Origin: an uncultured Methanosarcinales archaeon
Lineage (GTDB): Archaea; Nanobdellota; Nanobdellia; Woesearchaeales; DSVV01
DNA: 64,000 bases
Direction of reading: 5' to 3'
Assembly (NCBI GenBank): GCA_964593285.1
Contig: CAZQHZ010000004.1
Coordinates: forward strand, 1-64,000
Under the pieces are notes generated by a model. That model worked only from the letters and a program-made list of their open reading frames with translations, had not been told where the DNA came from and searched no databases. Every line of letters begins with the position of its first letter. Position 1 is the first letter of the stretch. A program made the translations under genes and the position numbers. Of this stretch, positions 9,773-21,136 are shown one piece after another.

Positions 9773-11684
9773 TTTTTATAACCTCATTTAAAGTTGAATT
9801 TTTATTTATTGCAGTAAATAATTCATTTTTATTTCGATAATATACTTTCATTATTTTCCCAATTACATTTGTGTCATAAATTTCATTTTTAACTAACCAC
9901 TTTAAAACATTTTCTCGTTTTTTTAAATCCTCTTCAATTTCAGATGGTGTCATTCCTGTTCTTAAATTTAAATCTTCTAGTAATCTAATACTATTTTCTA
10001 TTTTTTCAAAAGTATCAGTTCTAGGTCTCCATCTATATAGATAGTTGATACTTAAATCATTGTCAAGTCTTCCTCCTCGTAAAATTTCTCCAATCTCAAG
10101 AGTTCTTCTTTTATTGTGTTGTCTGTCCCTATGTTGTACTAAAATTAAATGAAGTGCTTCAACTTCATTTTTTGGAATTGCAATTGGTGGCTCAACTAAT
10201 CTTCGAGTCATTTGTTCAACTGTATCTGCATGCATTGTAGTACAAACACTATGTCCTGTATGCATCGCTTCAAACATTGTTTCTGCTTGCTCTCGTGTTC
10301 TAACTTCTCCAACAATAATTCTATCAGGCCTCATTCTAAGGCTTGCAACAATTAAATCAAGCATGCTAATGCTTCCAAAACCTTCAATATTTTCTTTTTT
10401 ACTAACCATTGGAATCCAATTCCAGTTTAAATCTTCTGGTAAAATAAATTCTCGTGTATCTTCAATTGATACAATTCTTTGGTTTTTTGGAAGAAGTGCA
10501 CTTAATGCATTTAGTACTGAAGTTTTTCCAGATGCAGTTCCGCCGCAAACTAAAACATTTAATTCAAATTCAATAGCTTGCCATAAAAGAGCTGCAATTT
10601 CATAATTCATTACACCAAATTTAGGTGATACTAAATGCGTTATAGTCCATGGGCTTCTTGAAAAACGCCTAAATGTTATAGTATTTCCAGCAGAACTAAT
10701 TGGAAATAATGTTGCAGCAACTCGGTCGCCAGAAACTAAATGTGCATCCATTATTGGATTCAATCCATTTATGTCTCGCCCAACTTTTCGTCCAATCATT
10801 GAAGCATAATTATATGTTTCTTCTTCATCTTTTACATGGGTACAAGTTTTAACCCACCCATAATGTTTATGATAAACACATATTGGTTCATCAGATCTAT
10901 TGATACAAACTTCTTCTAAGAAATCATCAGACATTATAATATCTAAATCACCAAAACCATACATTTCTTGAACGATTAAGCCAGAAATTAATTTTTGTTC
11001 TTTTTGATTTAAATTTGGAAAGTATGTTTTTATTTTATTTAATGCATTTTTAAAAAATTTATTTCTTAGTTTAAATAATTTGTTAACATCTGTAATTTCA
11101 GAAATAGAAATATTTGTTTCATATGATAATTCATGTATTATATTTTCAACAACATATTTTGTGCATTCATCAAGTTTTGGTATAAATACTTTATATAGTG
11201 GCACATTTTCATTTTTAACATTATATATAACAATTAATGCTTTAACATCATCGCAAGTAACATTATAATATTCTAAAATCTCAATGGCTGTTGGTATTTT
11301 TGCTTTAATTTCTTGTAAACTAATTTGGTTTGTTGTTTCTTCATTTTTTGTAATAATATTTTTTGTATCTTGTTTATTATTTGCTTTATGTTCTCTTTTT
11401 TTTATATTAGGTGTTTTAATTGTTGTTGTATTTTTTTTTGAAATATTATTTTTATTTTTTAAAGTATTTTTGCTTTTTTTTTGTTTAATATTATTACTAG
11501 TTGCTTTTTTAATGCTTTGTTTTTTAATTTGCTTTACTATTTTTTTTTTAGTTAATTGTTTATTTACTTTTTTGTCTGCCTTTTTTATTATTTTTTTACT
11601 TTGTTTTTTAACGTTTTTTTTAGGTATAACTTTTTTTGCTTTAATTTTCTTAATTTTTTTCTTAGTTTTTTTTTGCGTTACCAT
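9762..11684 (-). CDS. Type IV pilus assembly ATPase (TadA/VirB11/CpaF family) with Lys-rich N-terminal extension
   Basis: Walker A GGTASGKT, SIEDTRE, LRMRPDRIIVGEVR, MHTGH. Confidence 0.95.
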   Translation of the reverse strand: MVTQKKTKKKIKKIKAKKVIPKKNVKKQSKKIIKKADKKVNKQLTKKKIVKQIKKQSIKKATSNNIKQKKSKNTLKNKNNISKKNTTTIKTPNIKKREHKANNKQDTKNIITKNEETTNQISLQEIKAKIPTAIEILEYYNVTCDDVKALIVIYNVKNENVPLYKVFIPKLDECTKYVVENIIHELSYETNISISEITDVNKLFKLRNKFFKNALNKIKTYFPNLNQKEQKLISGLIVQEMYGFGDLDIIMSDDFLEEVCINRSDEPICVYHKHYGWVKTCTHVKDEEETYNYASMIGRKVGRDINGLNPIMDAHLVSGDRVAATLFPISSAGNTITFRRFSRSPWTITHLVSPKFGVMNYEIAALLWQAIEFELNVLVCGGTASGKTSVLNALSALLPKNQRIVSIEDTREFILPEDLNWNWIPMVSKKENIEGFGSISMLDLIVASLRMRPDRIIVGEVRTREQAETMFEAMHTGHSVCTTMHADTVEQMTRRLVEPPIAIPKNEVEALHLILVQHRDRQHNKRRTLEIGEILRGGRLDNDLSINYLYRWRPRTDTFEKIENSIRLLEDLNLRTGMTPSEIEEDLKKRENVLKWLVKNEIYDTNVIGKIMKVYYRNKNELFTAINKNSTLNEVIKNEE

Positions 11685-11708
11685 TTTTTTTAAGTTTATA
11701 AGTTTTAT

Positions 11709-12128
<420 letters not shown>

Positions 12129-12136
12129 CCCTTTTT

Positions 12137-12976
12137 TTAGCCTTTGAGTAATAAAATAAAGCCTTCTTTTTTAATTTTTTCACTCCTAAATAAACTATCT
12201 GTGTTCGTTGTTATATAAATTTTTCTATCTAAATTATAAATTAATTTTTGATTTATTTTAGCATTTAAATTATTTGTAGTATTTATAATAAGATTTGATG
12301 ATTCAAAATTTATATTAAACTTTGGATTTGGCAGAGTATTATTAAATTCAAAATAAAAATTGTTTGATTTTGAAAAATTAATAAAATATTCATCTTTAGT
12401 TATAATTTCCTTGTTTTTATCAAGGATTGTTAATTTTAATAAATTCTCACCTGGATTTAAATTAAAATTTTTAATAGTAGAATGGTTATTTAAAGTATCT
12501 AACGTAATATTTAAATTAATTTGATTAATTTGATTAATTGTTATTTTTGTTTTAGTTTTATTTATAGAAACTGTTGTATTATATGGATTAATTAAAAAGC
12601 TTGGATTTAAATTTACTGACAGATTAGTATTTGAAATTTGTGAAAATTGATTATTTAAAAAATTTGAATAATTATCTAATAAATTTTTATAATCTAATTT
12701 TTCATTTGTTAAATTAAGATTAAATTTAACTATTTGGTTTGTTTGATTAAATTTTATATTTAAATCTTTTAAATCCATAATTTGTAAAAAATCATTTGCA
12801 ATAAATTTTTGGGCATTTTTAATTTTTGTTGGTTCTAATAAATTTAAAACCATTTCATTTCTAAATTCAACTCGATTTTTAAACCCTAAAATAAATAGAA
12901 TTAAAGTGCTAATTAAAAGAATGGTAATTACTGTAAATAAAACACCCTTTTTTGATTTAAATAACTTGGTATTCAT
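12137..12976 (-). CDS. Minor pilin-like protein (class III signal peptide)
   Basis: KSKKG|VLFTVITILLIS plus hydrophobic helix. Confidence 0.75.
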   Translation of the reverse strand: MNTKLFKSKKGVLFTVITILLISTLILFILGFKNRVEFRNEMVLNLLEPTKIKNAQKFIANDFLQIMDLKDLNIKFNQTNQIVKFNLNLTNEKLDYKNLLDNYSNFLNNQFSQISNTNLSVNLNPSFLINPYNTTVSINKTKTKITINQINQINLNITLDTLNNHSTIKNFNLNPGENLLKLTILDKNKEIITKDEYFINFSKSNNFYFEFNNTLPNPKFNINFESSNLIINTTNNLNAKINQKLIYNLDRKIYITTNTDSLFRSEKIKKEGFILLLKG

Positions 12977-13404
12977 TTATACCAACCTCTAATTTTTGTA
13001 ATATAAATTTCATCTTCATAAATTATCGGCTCATAGTATTGCATTGAATCAAGCAATATAAAATCTATACAATTGGTTTTTGTTGAATTTAAAATTTTTA
13101 TTTGATTATTATTTAAAATAGTTAATTCAATACAAAAATGATTTGGTAATATTTTGTAATATTTTTCAATATTTGAAATGTCATTATTTTTTATTGACTT
13201 TATAAATTCATTATTGTTTTTTAATAAATGAACAAAATCTGATGATATTTCATGCATTTCTAGATTATTATAACGCGGGAATTCTATTTTGTTTAAGTAA
13301 TAAAATATACTCGACATTAAAACAAAAGATATAAATAATGCAACTAGTGCATCTAAAGAAAATAAAATTGCTTTTTTTGTTAATTTTTTCATTCTAAAAT
13401 ACAC
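12973..13404 (-). CDS. Minor pilin-like protein (class III signal peptide)
   Basis: TKKA|ILFSLDALVAL. Confidence 0.75.
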   Translation of the reverse strand: MYFRMKKLTKKAILFSLDALVALFISFVLMSSIFYYLNKIEFPRYNNLEMHEISSDFVHLLKNNNEFIKSIKNNDISNIEKYYKILPNHFCIELTILNNNQIKILNSTKTNCIDFILLDSMQYYEPIIYEDEIYITKIRGWYK

Positions 13405-13913
13405 CCTGTAAATTTTATAAATGCAAAATTAGTATTATTTATTGGTTTAATTTTATTTAGAATAATTGAATGTGTACAATTATTTTTAAAACCATAATTT
13501 ATGTTATTGACAATATTTAAATTTTCGTTGTAAATTAAAAGATTTATCTTGAATTCATATCTTGGTCCAATTAAACCAATTAATTTTTTTGTTTCATTAT
13601 AATTTTCTTCTTTCATTAATTTATCTAATTTTTTTAAATTTAATTTATTATTTGAAATAACGCCTAGGCTTTTTGTTTCATTTAAATTATCTAATAAATA
13701 CCAATTTGAAGGATTTCCGGATGCTGAAAATATACCATTAAATGAATTTCTAATTACTAATTCAAAATCATTTCTGTTTTCATTATCATTTATTTTTGTA
13801 ACAGAATAATCCCATATTTTTGTAATAGATAAAAAAATGGTTATAAAAATGATTAATGCAATTATTGCATCTAGTGAATATGTTTGTGATTTTTTATATT
13901 TATTGATTAACAT
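13389..13913 (-). CDS. Minor pilin-like protein (class III signal peptide)
   Basis: YKKS|QTYSLDAIIALIIF. Confidence 0.78.
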   Translation of the reverse strand: MLINKYKKSQTYSLDAIIALIIFITIFLSITKIWDYSVTKINDNENRNDFELVIRNSFNGIFSASGNPSNWYLLDNLNETKSLGVISNNKLNLKKLDKLMKEENYNETKKLIGLIGPRYEFKINLLIYNENLNIVNNINYGFKNNCTHSIILNKIKPINNTNFAFIKFTGCILE

Positions 13914-14313
13914 AGATCTTACCTTGAATATTTGTAATATTTACTCGTCCACTTACCATTTTTTTATTATTTATATTTGAGGTTAAAATTGGGAAGTTGT
14001 ATCTTTTATGATCATAATTAATTTCAATTAACTTAGATTCATTATAAATTGTGATATTATAGTTCATTATTTTATTTAATCCATCTGGTAAATAAATGTA
14101 GCTTGAAAAACCATCACCGACTAAATGTGCACTATTTATAAGGAGTGCAAATTTTTCGGTTATTGCTTTTGCGTAAAATTCATCATTTTTTAGATTAAAT
14201 TGATTTTGTTTATTCATTGTAATTGAAAAAAAGATGGTAAAAAAAATTAATAACATAGATAAAATCATTATAAATTCAACATTTGCTTGGCTTTTTCTAT
14301 ATTTGTTTTTCAT
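13900..14313 (-). CDS. Pilin-like protein (class III signal peptide)
   Basis: YRKS|QANVEFIMILSMLL, Q+1 and E+5. Confidence 0.82.
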   Translation of the reverse strand: MKNKYRKSQANVEFIMILSMLLIFFTIFFSITMNKQNQFNLKNDEFYAKAITEKFALLINSAHLVGDGFSSYIYLPDGLNKIMNYNITIYNESKLIEINYDHKRYNFPILTSNINNKKMVSGRVNITNIQGKIYVNQ

Positions 14314-14399
14314 TGTAAAATTTATTTAAAGCATTAATTATTTTAAAACCTTATTTTTTACTAGTGTATTAAATTGATGCTACAGATTTTTGATTGATA

Positions 14400-17300
14400 T
14401 TAAATTTTTGTAATATCGCTTTCTTTATATCTAATTAATACGATTCCAGAGCCACCGCTACCACCATAAACTGTTTGAGGATTTTCACTTCCAGCACCAC
14501 CACCGCCACCACCAGTATTTGGTATGCCATCTTCGTCATAATATACATCATTTTGATTTGAACCATAACCAGAGCCACCACCACCTAGTCCTGCATTATC
14601 AATTTTTCCAGCATCATTTTCTGCAATACCAGCACCACCGCCACCAGCAAACCATCCATTATCACCATAGTCAGTTCCAAAATAATTACTAAAATCTAGT
14701 CCATCTCCACCACTTCCAGGTGCTATGGTACCAGTTTCACCAATACTGTCAGCACCACCGCCACCGCCAGCGTATGAATCTATAGTATCTCCTCCATCAT
14801 GACCTTGATTAGTTATACCACTACCTGAATCTAAATTACTATTGCTTCCAGCACCACCGCCACTACCGCCATTGCCACCAGCAATAGCACCATCTTTGTG
14901 TTTACCACCAAATCCACCACCTTCACTAGTAATTTCTGCAAAGGATGAATCTTCTCCTTTAGAATCTGGTAATCCACCATTTCCGATAATAACATTATGT
15001 TCTCCAGATGATAGCTGCAATTTAGTTGTTTCAACATTTGTTAATAATCCACCAGCACCACCGCCACCACCAGCAGATATAATTCCTCCTCCTCGGCCAC
15101 CTGGAGTTTTACCACCACTACCACCGCCGCCACCACCGGCAACGATTAAATATTCAACATCAACTTCAAAACCTTCAGGAATAGTAAAATTATCTATGCT
15201 CTCATTAGTAAATGCATGAATAATGTAGTCTTCAAAATAATAAATTTCTCCACCAATTGGATATTCTATTTCAATTGGATCTTCAATTATTGGTTCTGGC
15301 CCTATGTAATTTACATCATTAGATGTTATATTAGGTTCTGGAGTTATGTAACTTCTAGCATAAATTTGTCCAGGGAAATTATCTTTTGAAACTGTTTTAT
15401 AGATAAAATTATCATTTATACACATTTGAGATAATTGATTACCTGTTGCTTCTTGTTGAATATAATCAAACCAGTATGCTTTATTTGCTTCTAATTCTTT
15501 TGAATGCTGTGTTCCAGAAGTACCACAAGTTCCATCACCATGAGCACCATACCAATGAGCTACTACTTCATGTTCGCCATATGGCATAGTTGTTCTAAAA
15601 CCACCACTATAACCATCTTTTGGAAATATTGTAACTTCACTACCATCATCACTATTAGTTCCAAACCAATAAGTACCTGATGTTTTTGGAATAAACATAA
15701 ATCTATACCTAGAATAATATCTATCATCATCTCCGTATAAATTTAAATTATGATTTATTGTATTAACATAATCATAACCATCAATATCATATGGATTTAG
15801 ACCAATATTTGCTTTAATATGAGTTGCTTGTTCATGATTATCTAAATTACTGCAACCAATAGCACCAGAAGGACATCTTCCAGTAACTAAAAATATTTCA
15901 TCTTCTATGAAAACATTCTTAGCAGAACTTTTTGATACAGCATTATTATTACCATAATACAAATTAATTGTTGTTTCAAGTTCATTTATTTCATCATTAG
16001 TTTTAATCCAAACGTATGATTCATTATTTTCTAAATTGCATTCATCGATGTAATAGTCTAATTCAAAATCATCTGATGTAATAAATCTAAAATCCTTGCA
16101 TTCATTATCCCAATTATATGTATTGTTAAAGGTTGTATCATTTATATGTATTAATATTTGATAATTTTTTGGAATATATCCATTGTGTGCATTTATAGTT
16201 AATGGAACAAAATAATCCCATTGTTCAATTATTTCTTCAAATGGATCATCTGGTGGTAATTCATAATCAATTTCAACTATTGGTTCTAAAGTAGTATATT
16301 GTCTTGCATAAATTTGATCTGCAAAATTATTAATATTTAGTGTTTTATAACCAAAACCATCATCAATACATAATCTTGCTAATTGACCACCTGTAAATTC
16401 ATTTTGCATATAATCAATCCAGTAACCTTTATCTTTTTCTAAAATTATATTGCTAGTATCGCCTCCTGTTGTACAACCATTTCTTGCACCATGATTTCCA
16501 TACCAATTTGCAATTGTAAAATGTGGTCCAAATGGGTGTGATGTTTTAATCCCTCCACCATATCCATCTCCTGGAAAAAATGCAGCTTCACTACCATCAT
16601 CACTATTAGTTAAAAAAGTATATTCTCGTGTTTGCTTTGGAACAAATAAAAATCTATATCTTGAGTAATAATGATCATCATTTCCAAAAATATTCTCATC
16701 ATGATCTATTTTTTCAACATAGCCAAAATCATCAATATCATATGAATTAATGCCAATGTTTGCTCTAATATAATCAGCTTCAGCATGATTTGCAAAATTA
16801 TTACATCCAACATTTCCAGAAGGACATCTTCCAGTAACTAAGAAAATACTATCATTAATAAACACATTTGAAACGTTGCTTTCTGATTGTGCAAATTCAT
16901 TATCATAATACATTGTAATAGTTGTTCCATCTGTGGTTATTTCATCATTAATTTTAACCCAGACTTTTAATTCTTCTAAATCAGTATTGCAAGTTTCAAC
17001 CCAATAATCTACAACTTTTTTATTTTCATCAAAAAATCTAATATCATTACAATCATAACTCCAATTAAAATTATCAACTATAGTTGAATCTAAATTTACT
17101 AATACTTGATAATTTTTTGGTGTAGCTTCTGTTTGTGCTTTAATATGTATAGGTATTGAATGTTTCCATAATCCTTCTGCAAAACACATCATAGAGGGAC
17201 AATATACATCACATTCACTTTGTAGATTGTAAATATTTTTTATTTCTTCATCCATAAGGGTTCTATTCCAAATTGCGACTTCATCAATTAAACCATTTAA

Positions 17301-18914
17301 TATTTCATTATTAGGTCTTAATCCAAAATCATAATTATCACCATTGGTGCTAAAAGTTGTTTGACTATCACTTCCTGTATAAATTAATTGTGAATTTTTA
17401 TAAATTTTAGTAGTGCCTTCATCAAATACAAAAACCCAATGATTCCAAACATTTGTATCTAAAATATCAGGAATTATATGACTATTTCTCCAATTTCCTT
17501 GTAAATTCCATCGAACTCTTAAGTTACTTGGGCCTTGTGGATTTGCAAAAGTTGCTCCAAATTCAATTAAAACATTTCCATCTGCCCATAATAGATATTG
17601 GCTTTCTGATAATGAGTGTTGCATAACCCATGCGGCAATTGTAACTTGATTTTCTCCATTTAAAACATTAAAATTTTCAACTCTTAATCGATGATTATTT
17701 TCATTAAAGTATAGAGCTTTTCCAATTTTTCCATCAACATAATCTGCATTTGTAATTCCATTAAAATCATTTCCTGAATAATCTATAACATTAGAGGTTA
17801 AATCATTTAAATGAAATAATAATAAATTTTCACTCATATTAATTCCATTTTCTTTTGATAAAGATTCATCAACTCCAAAATTAGGTAATTCTCCACCAGA
17901 ATATATAAAATTTTGACATTTTGGATCAAAACAATCAATTAAGTCATCTGCATCGTTATCAATACCATCATCACAAGTTTCAATGCAAGTAGCACGTCCA
18001 TCAATACACATATTGTATTCATATCCTTCTTGTGTATCTCCTTCTTGTAATGAACATACAGGATTTGATTTTGCATAGTTACAGTTACCTGCGCCGTCAC
18101 AATATCCTTGGCTAGGTATTTTGCCACCACTATCATATCCATCATTTCCTGCAAAGGAACATTTAAAACTTGAATTGCATAAAGTTAATTTTTCCTCAAA
18201 CACACATTCATTATCAATACATGAAACACAATTTGAAGAACCTGGACAATCGGCTACATTATTGCAACAAATTCTATAATTTGGTCCATATAAACCTGTG
18301 CAATTATCATCAGAGCAGTCATCGCATGACCCAACACCATGTCCAGTACAACCACTTGTATCAAACATACAATTATCACTGCAACGTAAAATACCGCCAC
18401 TAAATTCTAAATCCATACATGTTTTTGAATTTAAATTTAAATTATCGCATTCTTCTCCTAGTTCAATAATACTATTTCCACAAACAGGTATATCATGAAT
18501 TTTTGAAATATTTGTGCTTATTAAAACAACATTATTTTGAGCTTCTATTTCAACATAATAACTCCCAACATTTGTTGGCAATTCTCCTAAAACATTATAA
18601 TTAAAATTTCTATATTTTGCAGTTCCACTAAAAAATGTTGCAGTAATTGTTTTATTTTTAATTGTAATATTTTCAATATTTTCTGGAACATCAATTAAAA
18701 CTTTTGTTTTTGCACCATCTCCTTGCTGATAAACCAAATTTGCTGCCATTACTATTTCATTTAATACAGAATCTGTTTTTTTTTGATCAATCATTGATTC
18801 ATATTGATTTAGAGATTTTTGACTTGTTTGAATAATAGTCATTAAAACTACTAAAGAAACAGCTAATAATACTAAGACTTCAATGCTACCTTGTGATCTT
18901 TTCTTAAAATACAA
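14400..18914 (-). CDS. Giant pilin-anchored adhesin: class III signal/pilin domain, Cys-rich repeats, LamG, 2x (DUF2341 + PA14-like), Gly-rich C-terminal domain
   Basis: KKRS|QGSIEVLVLL; CGNSIIELGEECD; CDDGIDNDADDLIDCFDPKC; TIAAWV..GLIDEVAIWNRTL; DIRFFD..YWVE..VWVK; TNSDDGS twice; YLIVAGGGGGG..GGSGIVLIRY. Confidence 0.85.
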   Translation of the reverse strand: MYFKKRSQGSIEVLVLLAVSLVVLMTIIQTSQKSLNQYESMIDQKKTDSVLNEIVMAANLVYQQGDGAKTKVLIDVPENIENITIKNKTITATFFSGTAKYRNFNYNVLGELPTNVGSYYVEIEAQNNVVLISTNISKIHDIPVCGNSIIELGEECDNLNLNSKTCMDLEFSGGILRCSDNCMFDTSGCTGHGVGSCDDCSDDNCTGLYGPNYRICCNNVADCPGSSNCVSCIDNECVFEEKLTLCNSSFKCSFAGNDGYDSGGKIPSQGYCDGAGNCNYAKSNPVCSLQEGDTQEGYEYNMCIDGRATCIETCDDGIDNDADDLIDCFDPKCQNFIYSGGELPNFGVDESLSKENGINMSENLLLFHLNDLTSNVIDYSGNDFNGITNADYVDGKIGKALYFNENNHRLRVENFNVLNGENQVTIAAWVMQHSLSESQYLLWADGNVLIEFGATFANPQGPSNLRVRWNLQGNWRNSHIIPDILDTNVWNHWVFVFDEGTTKIYKNSQLIYTGSDSQTTFSTNGDNYDFGLRPNNEILNGLIDEVAIWNRTLMDEEIKNIYNLQSECDVYCPSMMCFAEGLWKHSIPIHIKAQTEATPKNYQVLVNLDSTIVDNFNWSYDCNDIRFFDENKKVVDYWVETCNTDLEELKVWVKINDEITTDGTTITMYYDNEFAQSESNVSNVFINDSIFLVTGRCPSGNVGCNNFANHAEADYIRANIGINSYDIDDFGYVEKIDHDENIFGNDDHYYSRYRFLFVPKQTREYTFLTNSDDGSEAAFFPGDGYGGGIKTSHPFGPHFTIANWYGNHGARNGCTTGGDTSNIILEKDKGYWIDYMQNEFTGGQLARLCIDDGFGYKTLNINNFADQIYARQYTTLEPIVEIDYELPPDDPFEEIIEQWDYFVPLTINAHNGYIPKNYQILIHINDTTFNNTYNWDNECKDFRFITSDDFELDYYIDECNLENNESYVWIKTNDEINELETTINLYYGNNNAVSKSSAKNVFIEDEIFLVTGRCPSGAIGCSNLDNHEQATHIKANIGLNPYDIDGYDYVNTINHNLNLYGDDDRYYSRYRFMFIPKTSGTYWFGTNSDDGSEVTIFPKDGYSGGFRTTMPYGEHEVVAHWYGAHGDGTCGTSGTQHSKELEANKAYWFDYIQQEATGNQLSQMCINDNFIYKTVSKDNFPGQIYARSYITPEPNITSNDVNYIGPEPIIEDPIEIEYPIGGEIYYFEDYIIHAFTNESIDNFTIPEGFEVDVEYLIVAGGGGGGSGGKTPGGRGGGIISAGGGGGAGGLLTNVETTKLQLSSGEHNVIIGNGGLPDSKGEDSSFAEITSEGGGFGGKHKDGAIAGGNGGSGGGAGSNSNLDSGSGITNQGHDGGDTIDSYAGGGGGADSIGETGTIAPGSGGDGLDFSNYFGTDYGDNGWFAGGGGAGIAENDAGKIDNAGLGGGGSGYGSNQNDVYYDEDGIPNTGGGGGGAGSENPQTVYGGSGGSGIVLIRYKESDITKI
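15330..17175 (-). repeat. Internal duplication in the adhesin with 951-bp (317-aa) period; ends approximate
   Basis: GGACATCTTCCAGTAACTAA at 15871 and 16822; duplicated IFLVTGRCPSG, YYSRYRF, TNSDDGSE, QIYAR. Confidence 0.85.
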
Positions 18915-18953
18915 AAAGTTTCCACCCCTTTTTAATAAAATAAATATTAGTAA

Positions 18954-20010
18954 TTAATAAACGTTGTGTTCTGGATAAACAATTATTCCTTCAAATGTAA
19001 TTTTTAAAGGATTAATTTTTGTTGAATGATTAGTTCCACGCATTTTAAAAACTTCAATACTACGTTCTCTAACATCACCTTTTTTTATATTATACATAAA
19101 AATAACACCTTCAGATTGATATTCTTCAACAGTTGATACATGCTCTTCTGGATTTAGTGTTTGTTCTGAGACTAAAAGAGTTGTACAATCCCATTTTTTT
19201 AGTGTTTTAAATAAACTCATTAACGCTTTTCTTTGTTCATTTGATGTTTTATAAAGTAGAGTAAATGCAGTAACAGAATCAATAACCGCTCTTTTTGCAT
19301 TTATAGATTCAATAACTTCCCTTACAGGTCCACCACCAATTGCTATTACTCTATCAACTTGCTCTGGTGAAAAATATAATAATGCAATCTTTTTTTCCTT
19401 AATTTTTTTTTCAATATCAAAATCAAATCTTTTCATATCTTCAATTAAAGTTTCAGGTTCTTCCTCAAATGAAATATAAACACCATTTTCACCGCATTTA
19501 TCAATTCCATTAATTAAGTATTGCATTGCAAATATACTCTTACCACTCCCAGGGCCTCCACAAAGCAGTGTTACAGAATCCTTAACAAAACCACCCTCAA
19601 TAGTTTCATCAAAACCTTCAATTCCTGTCGCAACCCTATTTTCTGGTATTTTAATTTCTCCTTCATCTTGATCTTTTTCTCGAAGAGTATCTTTAATTGT
19701 AGCTTTTAGGAAAGCCATATCAAATTTTTTTGGTTTTTCTTTTTCTAAATCTTTAGACAAACTTTCTTTTAATGAAGCAAAAGGTGATTTTGATTTTTTT
19801 TTTGTAATGTCTTTTGAAATGTCTTCTTTAAGNNNNNNNNNNNNNNNNNNNNNNNNNNNNNNNNNNNNNNNNNNNNNNNNNNNNNNNNNNNNNNNNNNNN
19901 NNNNNNNNNNNNNNNNNNNNNNNNNNNNNNNNACTTTTCTTAGAATTATTTTTTGAATTAGGTTTAGTTTGTTTGTCATTAGTTTTTTTAATGTTTTTTG
20001 GTTTACTCAT
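18954..20010 (-). CDS. Single-domain KaiC/RecA-superfamily ATPase with Lys-rich N-terminus, spanning an assembly gap
   Basis: RVATGIEGFD, Walker A GGPGSGKS, ISFEE, Walker B AVIDS, KMRGTNH; probable start ATG 20010 upstream of the N-gap. Confidence 0.88.
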
Positions 20011-20078
20011 TTTAAATTAAATTTCTTGCCTAACTACATAAATAAATTAAATAAAAAAAAATTAAAAAGAAAAAAAAC

Positions 20079-20564
20079 TTAGATTGCACAGTTAGCTTCA
20101 TAATAATTTCCATCACCAGTTATTCTGTATTGACTACCTGTTTGTAAATCTGTATATGTTATTGTTAATGCAACGAAAAAATTTTGTTCAGCTGTACAAA
20201 ATCCATCCATGTCTATATCTATTTGTTGCTGTCCTCCAGGTGATAATGTTGGTAAATCTTGGTCAATGTATTCTATATCTGCGTCAGATGCTGCAGGAGG
20301 CTCTATTGAAATGTTGTTAATAATAACTGCATTTCGCATATTATTTCGTAAAGTTATTTGCCCTGTTCCTCCTTCATTTAAACTAAGTGACATTACACCA
20401 ACATCTTGAGTACTCCAATATGCCTGTGCACCTTGTGTTCCTACGTTACTCCCAATTCCTGGGAATCTTCCCATAGCAACAACTACAACTAATGCAATAA
20501 CAATAACTACTGCTAAAATTATTAAATATTCTGTAGCTGTCTGCCCTTTTCTAAAAAATTTCAT
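20079..20564 (-). CDS. Probable major type IV pilin (class III signal peptide)
   Basis: MKFFRKG|QTATEYLIILAVVIVIALVVV; strong AAGGAGGT SD; followed by T-rich tract. Confidence 0.85.
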   Translation of the reverse strand: MKFFRKGQTATEYLIILAVVIVIALVVVVAMGRFPGIGSNVGTQGAQAYWSTQDVGVMSLSLNEGGTGQITLRNNMRNAVIINNISIEPPAASDADIEYIDQDLPTLSPGGQQQIDIDMDGFCTAEQNFFVALTITYTDLQTGSQYRITGDGNYYEANCAI

Positions 20565-20578
20565 TTTTTCTACCTCCT

Positions 20579-21136
20579 TTATTCAATTCTGTATGTTTTG
20601 TCAACAAACATACTTATTTTTTCAATTAAATTAGCTTCATCTTTACCATCTAGGCAAATGAGTGTGAGTGTTGATTTACTTATTCTTATTTTATTAACTA
20701 AATCTTTTGTGAATTTTATAATCATTTGTTCTGGGTTATAAATAAGTAATGATGATAAACTATCAAATAGAATATATTTTGGCTCAGATGCTTCACTAAC
20801 TTTATTTATTGATATAGATAAACTAGTTAATGCAGAGGGCGAGTCAATAAATAAACAATTATCTGCATTTAAATCTTTACTTCCAGTCATTTTAGTTGAT
20901 GTATCAATAAAAAAGATAGAATCTGTATCAATTTTGATTTTTTCTAAAAAACCAACTAACGATTTAAAAGGTCTAGTTAGTGTAACATAGCAAGATACAT
21001 CTTTTTTAAAATTATTTTTTGAAAATTCTTTTATAAAATCTTGATATTTTTCAGGTTTTACAATAAATAAAGCTGCCTGGACTTCTTTGTCAATATTCAA
21101 ATTCCATTTCTTTTTATCAGGCATTTTATTTACCAC
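20579..21136 (-). CDS. Degenerate KaiC-like/RecA-fold protein lacking Walker A
   Basis: CYVTLTRP, IFFID, YILFDSLSSLLIYN, FVDK pattern; no GxxGxGK. Confidence 0.7.
   Translation of the reverse strand: MVNKMPDKKKWNLNIDKEVQAALFIVKPEKYQDFIKEFSKNNFKKDVSCYVTLTRPFKSLVGFLEKIKIDTDSIFFIDTSTKMTGSKDLNADNCLFIDSPSALTSLSISINKVSEASEPKYILFDSLSSLLIYNPEQMIIKFTKDLVNKIRISKSTLTLICLDGKDEANLIEKISMFVDKTYRIE

Noticed and set aside
9762..11684. MshEN c-di-GMP receptor on the pilus ATPase linking it to the cyclase
   Set aside because: No RLGxxL motif; the N-terminus is simply Lys-rich
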